A stretch of DNA of 15,033 nt, taken from the NCBI GenBank assembly GCA_008080735.1, contig SHMW01000019.1:18581-33613 (forward strand), read 5' to 3'. Of the stretch, positions 8,037 to 15,033 are shown piece after piece. The stretch comes from Promethearchaeota archaeon. GTDB taxonomy: Archaea > Asgardarchaeota > Lokiarchaeia > Sigyniarchaeales > SOKP01. The notes below the pieces were generated by a model that was given only the letters and a program-made list of their open reading frames with translations, did not search any database and was not told the origin of the DNA. The position numbers were made by a program, and so were the translations under genes. Every line of letters starts with the position of its first letter. Position 1 is the stretch's first letter.

Positions 8037-8042
8037 GAGTGA
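8037..8042 (+). promoter_or_regulatory. Shine-Dalgarno-like GAGTGA for hdrA TTG start
   Basis: 6 nt upstream of TTG 8049; resembles archaeal GAGGTGA. Confidence 0.5.
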
Positions 8043-8048
8043 GTTTCT

Positions 8049-10439
8049 TTGAAAATTGGGTTATTTTTATGCGATTGCGGGAAGAACATAAGCGGTGTTA
8101 TTAATAACGAGAAGCTTATTGAATATTTTTTGGATTCTCCAGATATTGTCGTTTTTCGCGAAACCTATTTATGCTCAGAACTTGGATTGAAGGAAATTAC
8201 CGAACAAATTAAAGAAGAAGGCATAGATAGAGTTATTATTGCTGCGTGTTCTTTCAAATTACATGGTTCGCTTTTTAGAAAAACCATAGAAAAAGCGGGT
8301 ATCAATAGGTTTTTAATTGCATTTGCTAATATTAGGGAACAAAATTCATGGGTTCATGCTAATCAACCAGAAAAAGCAACTAGAAAAGCGATTGACCAGA
8401 TAGAAATGGCGATTGCTCAAGTAAAACTTTTGGAACCATTAGATGTGCAACACGCGGAAATTACTCCCAGTACCTTAATAATTGGAGGCGGAATCGCAGG
8501 GATAAGATCCGCGTTAGTTATTGCAGATGCGGGATACAAGGTATATTTAGTGGAGCGCGAGCCGACGATTGGGGGGCATATGGCTCTATTTGATAAAACT
8601 TTTCCGACTTTAGATTGTTCGATATGTGTATTAGGACCTATGATGACGGAGGTAAAAGAACATCCAAATATAGAATTGATAACATATGCTGAAGTTGAAG
8701 AAGTGGATGGATATATTGGCAATTTTAAGGTAAAAATTACCAAAAAGCCACGTTTTATAGATGAGGAAGAGTGTGTGGGATGTTTTGACATATGCAGAGA
8801 GGTATGTCCAATTGACGTTGAAGATACCTTTTTTCCACGAAAAGCTATCGACGTACCTTATCCTCAAGCTATCCCACTTTTACCCAATATTTTGGAAGAA
8901 TACTGTATAGGATGCCAAGCTTGCGAACAAGCATGCGATAGAGAGGCGATAATTTTCGATCAGAAACCCGAAAGTATTGATATTAAAGTAGGTTCTATTA
9001 TCGTCGCAACAGGTCTTAAAACCTTTGATCCATCAATCTTAGCAGAGCTTAACTATGAAAAACATCAAGATGTAATAACGACCTTTCAATTGGAACGCTT
9101 ATTAAATAATGATGGTCCAACAAACGGGAGAGTCGTGAGACCATCTAATGGAAAACCTCCCAAAAAAGTTTCGTTTATTCTCTGTGTTGGTTCTAGAAAT
9201 AAGAAAATAGATCATGAATATTGTAGTCAAGTATGCTGTAATGCATCTATTAAACAAGCGATTTTATTGAAAAAGGAGCATCCAAATATCAATATCAATG
9301 TGTATTATACCGATATTAGAGCTGTTGGAAAGAATTGTGAGGAATTTTATAACAGAGCCAGAGAAGATTTTGGAATCCGTTTTATAAAAAGCAATATTTC
9401 TGAAGTTGTTAGAAGTGATACATCCGACGAACTAATTGTAAGGGGGGAAGATGTAATTGAAAATATATTATTTGAAAATAAGTCTGAGATGGTTGTGTTA
9501 GCTGTCGGCATTGAACCCGCTGAGGGGACTGACGATCTAAGTAAAGAATTGAATATTTCACAAGATAATTATGGATTTTTGCTAGAAAAACATCTGAAAG
9601 TGAGACCTTCAGAATCCTCTGTAAATGGGATATATATCGCAGGTGCAATTCAAGGTCCAAAAGACATTCCAAATAGCATAGCACAAGCGGAAAGCGCAGC
9701 CTCGAAGGCAATCGCATTAATTTCGAAAGGAAAAGTCGAATTAGATCCACATATAGTATATTATGATGAAGAGAAGTGTGACCTTTGCCGATTATGTGAA
9801 AATATATGTATTTATCAAGCTATTCAAATTAAAGATAACAAGTTAAAGATTGTTCCAGCAAATTGCTCGGGATGTGGAGCATGTGCTGCGATGTGCCCTA
9901 ATGAAGCTTTATATATTCCCGGATTTACTAAGAATCAAATTTCAGCTCAAATTAAAGCGACATTAAAAGAGAAGAGTGAATTTCCATTAATTATCGCATT
10001 CTTATGTAATTGGTGTTCTTATATGGGTGCAGACCTCGCAGGAACAAGTAAAATTAACTATCCTTCTAATATCCGACCAATTAGGGTTATGTGTACCGCA
10101 ATGTTAGATCCTGCATTAGTTTTCGAAGCTTTTGCAGAAGGAGCCGATGGAGTTCTAATAGCAGGATGTTATCCTCAAGATTGCCATTATGAAACAGGAT
10201 TTATTAAAGCAAGTACGAGATATAAATCGATTAGAGAACTGCTAAGAGAATCGGGGATAAATGAAAAACGCGTTAAAATCGAAAGTGTATCTGCTGGCGA
10301 AGGGGAAAAATTTGCCAGGGTTATTAAAGAACTTACTGATCAGCTTGAAGAAATTGGTCCTATACGACCGAAAGAATATCACAAAGAAGTACCCACTAAA
10401 CCTAAACCGAAAGAAAAAGCAAGTCTAGATGAAATTTAA
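8049..10439 (+). CDS. hdrA: Heterodisulfide reductase subunit A fused to C-terminal MvhD/FlpD [2Fe-2S] domain
   Basis: KIGLFLCDCG, AACS, ANIREQ, GGGIAG FAD motif, DKTFPTLDCSIC, inserted ferredoxin, CVGSR..YCSQVCC, GPKDIP, C-terminal ferredoxin, then MvhD motifs FLCNWCSY.GAD.AG, RVMC, AGC...DCHY, SAGEG from ~9981. Confidence 0.95.
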   Translation: MKIGLFLCDCGKNISGVINNEKLIEYFLDSPDIVVFRETYLCSELGLKEITEQIKEEGIDRVIIAACSFKLHGSLFRKTIEKAGINRFLIAFANIREQNSWVHANQPEKATRKAIDQIEMAIAQVKLLEPLDVQHAEITPSTLIIGGGIAGIRSALVIADAGYKVYLVEREPTIGGHMALFDKTFPTLDCSICVLGPMMTEVKEHPNIELITYAEVEEVDGYIGNFKVKITKKPRFIDEEECVGCFDICREVCPIDVEDTFFPRKAIDVPYPQAIPLLPNILEEYCIGCQACEQACDREAIIFDQKPESIDIKVGSIIVATGLKTFDPSILAELNYEKHQDVITTFQLERLLNNDGPTNGRVVRPSNGKPPKKVSFILCVGSRNKKIDHEYCSQVCCNASIKQAILLKKEHPNININVYYTDIRAVGKNCEEFYNRAREDFGIRFIKSNISEVVRSDTSDELIVRGEDVIENILFENKSEMVVLAVGIEPAEGTDDLSKELNISQDNYGFLLEKHLKVRPSESSVNGIYIAGAIQGPKDIPNSIAQAESAASKAIALISKGKVELDPHIVYYDEEKCDLCRLCENICIYQAIQIKDNKLKIVPANCSGCGACAAMCPNEALYIPGFTKNQISAQIKATLKEKSEFPLIIAFLCNWCSYMGADLAGTSKINYPSNIRPIRVMCTAMLDPALVFEAFAEGADGVLIAGCYPQDCHYETGFIKASTRYKSIRELLRESGINEKRVKIESVSAGEGEKFARVIKELTDQLEEIGPIRPKEYHKEVPTKPKPKEKASLDEI

Positions 10440-10441
10440 GC

Positions 10442-10464
10442 TTTTTCATTCTAATTTTTTTTTT
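10442..10464 (+). terminator. Oligo-T terminator after hdrA-mvhD
   Basis: T5 followed by a T10 run (10455-10464) directly after the stop. Confidence 0.5.
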
Positions 10465-10535
10465 GAGTTAATTTTAATTAATAAGTGTGGCTTATTTATT
10501 ATTTAATATTAATTTGAAAAACAGAAGAAATCTCA

Positions 10536-11819
10536 ATGAAGATTAGAGCAATTACTATTGGTGATAAAATTCCATATCTCTCAAAGAACGATGAATTAGA
10601 AACCTCTGTGGAAGAGAATCTCTTCAAATTCCGTAGATTGAACGAAGATCTAACTGATGAATTTCAAAAAATTAATTTAGCAGTTCAAAGCAGAAGGATT
10701 TGCTCTCAACCATTGTTCTCCTATGCTGACCAGCATTTTTACAAAGAAAATTTGAAAGAGACCTTACAAAGATTAAATCATCAATTTAAACTCATAAGAG
10801 ATTTGTTTCGAAGATATAATATCGATTACCTAGCATGTTGCGCAATGCTTGCAGATAAATTGGAAAATTTTGGAGTCTTTGAAAAACTACTCCTTAATGA
10901 AATACCTCAATATTTAAAAAATTATGAATATCTTTTTTCATCTATTAATGTGGCTTCAAAAGATAAAGGAATAAATCTATCAGCATTGAAATCGAGTGCC
11001 AAAATCATAAAGTCTCTCTCCTCGGATCCTTTTAAAAATTTGAATTTCTGTGTCAGTTCAAATATAACTCCAGAATTGAACGTCCCCTTTTTTCCCGCGT
11101 CATATCATTTTTCCGATACCCCCGGATTTTCGTTAGCCTTAGAAATGGCAGATGAAGTAGTAAAAATTGCTACAGAGCATCAAAATTTTTCAGAGTTCAA
11201 AAATCAGCTTAAAAGTAAGTTCAGAGAAATTTATAACATTTTATTAAAGATTTCAGAAAAACTGGCAGAAAGATATGAGCTAGAATTTAAAGGAATAGAT
11301 CTTTCGCCGGCTCCATATCCAGAATTGGATAAAAGTATTGGAAATGCGATTGAAAAGTTGGGATTTGAATATTTTGGGGCCCATGGAACGACTTATGGGG
11401 TAGCATTGATTAAGAATAGTATACCCGATAATTTAGAGAAGAAGATCGGTTTTAGTGGGTTTATGCAACCCGTTTTAGAAGATTTTACTATCGCAAAACG
11501 GCTTTCGGAAAAAAAATTTAATTTAGATACCCTTTTGTTATATTCTTGTTTATGCGGTACAGGTTTAGATTGCATTCCTTTACCTGGAGATATAACTGAA
11601 AAAGAATTATATTACATTCTACTGGATGTTTGTACTATTTCACTAAAATTAGACAAACCGTTAACGGCGAGATTAATGCCGATACCAGGAAAGTCTGCTG
11701 GAGATGAGATCAATTTTGAATTTGAATATTTTGCCCCTTCTAAAGTGATCGATTATAAAACAGTTGGAAATAACCATATTGGATTATATGAAAGAAAAGA
11801 CACGTTTCTTAAATTATAA
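10536..11819 (+). CDS. DUF711 (UPF0210) family protein
   Basis: MKIRAITIG, PFFPASYH, GIDLSPAP, GFSGFMQPVLED, CGTGLDCIPLPGD, KPLTARLMP motifs. Confidence 0.9.
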   Translation: MKIRAITIGDKIPYLSKNDELETSVEENLFKFRRLNEDLTDEFQKINLAVQSRRICSQPLFSYADQHFYKENLKETLQRLNHQFKLIRDLFRRYNIDYLACCAMLADKLENFGVFEKLLLNEIPQYLKNYEYLFSSINVASKDKGINLSALKSSAKIIKSLSSDPFKNLNFCVSSNITPELNVPFFPASYHFSDTPGFSLALEMADEVVKIATEHQNFSEFKNQLKSKFREIYNILLKISEKLAERYELEFKGIDLSPAPYPELDKSIGNAIEKLGFEYFGAHGTTYGVALIKNSIPDNLEKKIGFSGFMQPVLEDFTIAKRLSEKKFNLDTLLLYSCLCGTGLDCIPLPGDITEKELYYILLDVCTISLKLDKPLTARLMPIPGKSAGDEINFEFEYFAPSKVIDYKTVGNNHIGLYERKDTFLKL

Positions 11820-11889
11820 TCCTTGTTACCAATAAAAATAAAATAAAGATAAACTATATTTTATATAACGAAAGTCAAGGTGATAATGC

Positions 11890-12384
11890 TTGGATGAAAA
11901 GGAATTTCGAAATGAGGATACTGGAAAACTCTTGTTTTTTAATGAAGCTGTTGAATATATGAAAAAATATGAATATATTGATCAAACTAGAATCCAGTAT
12001 GAAAAAGAAGGCTCTTCCTCCGATGAGAATGTCGATTTTCCAAGTGAAAATTGTTTGAGAAATGAGATGCTAGAAGAACTCAATAGGTTGAAGGAACTTA
12101 TTCTCAACAATCCAGATAGAAAGCTAAATAAACTATCCAAGGATGAAAGAACCTTATTTAATAGATTCATTGGCTTTTATAAATTTTGCCCTGTTTGCGG
12201 GAACTATAATCATTACCATAATCTCAAAACTATTTATTTTAATGAAGAACTAAGCGAATTCAAAATTTTCTTAATTGATTATATGACGGAGAAAATTGAT
12301 AACCGAAAACTAAGTAAATTTAATATTAATATCGGGGTCTTATGCTGTAATTGCTATAAAACCCTTTATGAGCAAGATGAATAA
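11890..12384 (+). CDS. Hypothetical protein with putative Zn-binding CPVC...CCNC motif
   Basis: 164-aa ORF, TTG start with SD GGTGA at 11879-11883; two Cys pairs about 47 residues apart. Confidence 0.75.
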   Translation: MDEKEFRNEDTGKLLFFNEAVEYMKKYEYIDQTRIQYEKEGSSSDENVDFPSENCLRNEMLEELNRLKELILNNPDRKLNKLSKDERTLFNRFIGFYKFCPVCGNYNHYHNLKTIYFNEELSEFKIFLIDYMTEKIDNRKLSKFNINIGVLCCNCYKTLYEQDE

Positions 12385-12385
12385 T

Positions 12386-12718
12386 TTATTCAAGATAATC
12401 AACAATCTTCCCATTCTTAGTAAGCCTATATATCTTGGCATCCATTTTTTCAATTCTTTTGATGCAAAATGCCTTGAGAAGATAATCGAGATTATATTGT
12501 AAATCCTTTATATTCTTGATTGTTCCTTGTTTTTTTAATTCGCTAAATAGGAAATCTTCCGAAACATCTCCTCTTTCGTTGATAATATTTAAAATTTCTC
12601 TTCGGACAGGATGATTAACTGCTTTTAGATATACATCGTGAATATATCTATATCCCTCTACTGATTTAGCATATTCTTCGAATGATTTATATTTTTTAAA
12701 ATCAAATTCGTCGGGCAT
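12386..12718 (-). CDS. ArsR-like winged helix-turn-helix protein
   Basis: LKAVNHPVRREILNII, LQYNLDYL recognition helix, wing IYRLTKNG. Confidence 0.75.
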   Translation of the reverse strand: MPDEFDFKKYKSFEEYAKSVEGYRYIHDVYLKAVNHPVRREILNIINERGDVSEDFLFSELKKQGTIKNIKDLQYNLDYLLKAFCIKRIEKMDAKIYRLTKNGKIVDYLE

Positions 12719-12805
12719 AGTTAATTATAAAAACACATAAACTTCAAAAAAATTTTTGCTTTGGAAATTTTTATATTCTGGGTTGAAAGTTAGGTTTATT
12801 ACTAA

Positions 12806-14452
12806 TTAGTTCTTGGTTTTTACAACATATAAAGGCCATTTCTTTAAGATCCCTTTAGGATATAATCCTTTTCTTACTTTTTCCAGTACTTCTGATCTAG
12901 GTTCTAAGAAACTGATAATATTTTTATCGAACACATCAATAGTAATACTCCCATTGCGTAAATTATCCTTCAATTCTGGCTCATCTGGACAATTTAATAT
13001 AATATTTTCTATTTCATTTTTAGATACACATTTTTCTTCAGAAGTAGGTACTATAAATTTCCATCGTGAAGATTCTCTTATTGATTCAACCAATACTAGA
13101 GAATCCCCATTTAAAGAGCAATGCTGATTAATACAATTATATAATGTTTGAGAATTAAATATTACAAATTTATCAAAAGTGAGAAAGTTTCCTGCTTTTA
13201 TAACGGGATTGGGGGGATAATCTATGTTTTTATTAATTTTGACATTATATTTCAATTTGAATTCGCCTCGCAAAATATCACCTTTTATTATTGGAAGGGA
13301 ATTATGACCAAGCAGCGAAATGACATCGCCTGTGTCTATGTTAAGCAATGGGTGGTAATCATGATTTCTTGAAATCAATAATCGCCCTTTATTAGATTCA
13401 AATTGATGGATTGGTTTGATCTCGTCTCTATATTCAAGCGCTGGTAAGGTTAATGGGAGTACATACATCTTATTTTCTTTAGAAATCTGAAAGTTATCTT
13501 TTGGAAGGCTTGAAGCAAATGGACCGATTTCTGAACCAACATATAAATTAGTAAATCGTTCATTGCCTCTAGTCCAATGCATAAAATCTCTGATCATGTT
13601 CCATTGTTCCGGGTCAAGAGAGCTTATACTAAAAATAGCTACGGACTTAGAGAATTTCATTGATAAATCTTTCTGGATCTCTCTTACTGCGTTATCTAAT
13701 CCCTTGATTACAACTTTTTTAATTAGTTTATTTTCGCTGTGGTGGTAATTCTTATTTTTTTTTAAGTTGCTAAGATATTGCTGTATACCTGATTTCAATC
13801 TGCTAATATCTGCCCATTTTAAGAGAGTTGCTGCAGGAGCGGAAATAATGGCGATGCTTTCTAAATTTAAAATTGAACTGAGGACTTCAAGATTATATAC
13901 ATCTTTATAAGGATACAAGATATAAGATTTTGGTCTAAGTTGAGATACCACTAACCTCTGCGAAAATTCGGATGAATAAAGCGCTAGATATTTCTCACCT
14001 TTATATTCATTTATTCCATCAAATTTCATTCTAGATGGGACGAAAATAACTGCTGATGAGGAAGAATTCAATCCACTTGATTCAAAAATAGCTTCCATAC
14101 CGGGAACCCAGAGACTCTTAATTATCGATTCTGACATATGAAACCATTTAAGAGCTTGAGGATTATTATTGGTTGTCCCCGAGGTATGACAGAGAATTGG
14201 AGGAAAGTTTTGATCCCAACTTGCTAAAAAGGATTCTAAATCCACTGAAAATTGTCTTGAGTTTGTTTTTACGTTTCTAATTTTATCAAAAATATCATTC
14301 ACGCAATCTAAACCCGAATTTTTCAAACATAAATCCAGATATTCTTCTTTATTTGATATTTTAAGCCATTGCTCCCAATTCGTTTCACATTCATGAAAAT
14401 AATATTCGTTGAATATGTCTTGGGTTTCGGAGTCAAAATCAAAATGTATCAT
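12806..14452 (-). CDS. Divergent adenylate-forming enzyme (ANL superfamily; GH3/PaaK/LuxE-like)
   Basis: HTSGTT (A3 P-loop), LYVGSEIG (A5-like YGxxE), DTGDVI (A7-like), ILR (A8-like), C-terminal Lys-containing KGILKKWP (A10-like). Confidence 0.65.
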   Translation of the reverse strand: MIHFDFDSETQDIFNEYYFHECETNWEQWLKISNKEEYLDLCLKNSGLDCVNDIFDKIRNVKTNSRQFSVDLESFLASWDQNFPPILCHTSGTTNNNPQALKWFHMSESIIKSLWVPGMEAIFESSGLNSSSSAVIFVPSRMKFDGINEYKGEKYLALYSSEFSQRLVVSQLRPKSYILYPYKDVYNLEVLSSILNLESIAIISAPAATLLKWADISRLKSGIQQYLSNLKKNKNYHHSENKLIKKVVIKGLDNAVREIQKDLSMKFSKSVAIFSISSLDPEQWNMIRDFMHWTRGNERFTNLYVGSEIGPFASSLPKDNFQISKENKMYVLPLTLPALEYRDEIKPIHQFESNKGRLLISRNHDYHPLLNIDTGDVISLLGHNSLPIIKGDILRGEFKLKYNVKINKNIDYPPNPVIKAGNFLTFDKFVIFNSQTLYNCINQHCSLNGDSLVLVESIRESSRWKFIVPTSEEKCVSKNEIENIILNCPDEPELKDNLRNGSITIDVFDKNIISFLEPRSEVLEKVRKGLYPKGILKKWPLYVVKTKN

Positions 14453-14629
14453 TCTCGTTTTTAAAAATTAATAAAAATAATCATTATTTAATAATATTCA
14501 TCGAGTCTAAATTAACGCTCTCTCTTTAAATTATTAAACCATTTCTGGTTTCTATGCAAGCTCAATAAATTTTGTCGAAAATCTTTATTCACTCAAAAAT
14601 TGAGGATTAATTATGAAAAAATAAGTAGG

Positions 14630-14637
14630 TTTAAATA
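14630..14637 (+). promoter_or_regulatory. TATA-box-like TTTAAATA upstream of the 44-codon ORF
   Basis: Consensus archaeal TATA box ~100 nt upstream of ATG 14738; AT-rich background. Confidence 0.3.
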
Positions 14638-14737
14638 GGAGTTGTTTGATTACTATTGTGTAAAATCATATCCAAAATATTATTAGAATTAGTAAAACAA
14701 TTACAAAAAATAATCATCTAAGGGGGTTAAAATAAAT

Positions 14738-14872
14738 ATGTGTCAATTTGGTGGTGGATATTGGAAGGTTGAGGATATTAAATTAACACAAAGAAATAAT
14801 AAATTCACAAATGATAACAAGAATGTTGAGGAAACTCACAATCTTCTCTCTGCCCAAGAAAAAAGTACTTAG
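14738..14872 (+). CDS. Unannotated small protein, 44 aa: MCQFGGGYWKVEDIKLTQRNNKFTNDNKNVEETHNLLSAQEKST
   Basis: ATG 14738 to TAG 14870-14872 read manually; G-rich SD-like AAGGGGG at 14720-14726; purine-rich coding-like composition; T-tracts downstream (~14954-14972). Confidence 0.55.
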   Translation: MCQFGGGYWKVEDIKLTQRNNKFTNDNKNVEETHNLLSAQEKST

Positions 14873-15033
14873 ATTTTCATATAGTATATCATTTCATCCT
14901 TAACTCAATCTGCGAGATAATAGTTATTAGAAACGAAAAATCTTTCTAAAATATTTTTTATTTTTGTTTTTTAGCATTCAAAAATAGATATGTAAAATAA
15001 GGAAAGATTAATTAGTTCCAAGAATCTTTTTTT

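Noticed and set aside
12745-12758. CAAAAA-AA-TTTTTG inverted repeat upstream of the ArsR-like gene (also CTCAA-AAA-TTGAG at 14592-14604)
   Set aside because: Homopolymer-dominated, low information; could equally be terminator tracts. Not supportable as an operator without comparative data.
1745-13748. Short ORFs antisense to well-supported genes (1745-1954, 3144-3329, 5212-5427, 5360-5551, 6840-7124, 7680-7874, 8417-8791, 8631-8867, 9409-9750, 11393-11575, 11982-12170, 12813-13127, 13148-13372, 13563-13748)
   Set aside because: Shadow ORFs overlapping motif-bearing genes, with no motifs of their own.
1-15033. CRISPR arrays, tRNA/rRNA genes, IS elements, integrases, complete restriction-modification or defence island
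   Set aside because: No regularly spaced repeats, cloverleaf, transposase/integrase motifs or REase partner were found by inspection.

Overview
AT-rich archaeal chromosomal window, most likely from an Asgard archaeon (Lokiarchaeia-like). That assignment is inferred from a Rab-like small GTPase with WDFGGQ and no prenylation tail, an HdrA-MvhD fusion, TATA-box-like promoters and oligo-T terminators. Left to right: an intergenic region with a strongly structured ~150-nt candidate ncRNA (590-745) that also holds a 31-codon hydrophobic ORF; a minus-strand run of MBL-fold hydrolase, Rab-like GTPase, membrane-anchored arylsulfotransferase-like beta-propeller and an orphan N6-adenine DNA methyltransferase; a YkgJ-type CxxCxxCC protein; a winged-helix/4Fe-4S protein divergent from a stand-alone hdrA-mvhD fusion; a DUF711 protein; a CxxC..CCxC Zn-finger hypothetical; an ArsR-like regulator; a divergent adenylate-forming (ANL/GH3/PaaK-like) enzyme; and an unannotated 44-codon ORF (MCQFGGGYW...) transcribed away from it. 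No tRNA, rRNA, CRISPR array or mobile element was seen. The best novelty candidates are the structured RNA with anti-Shine-Dalgarno-like loops and the small-peptide/ANL enzyme/ArsR cluster. All calls come from motif recognition and manual folding only.
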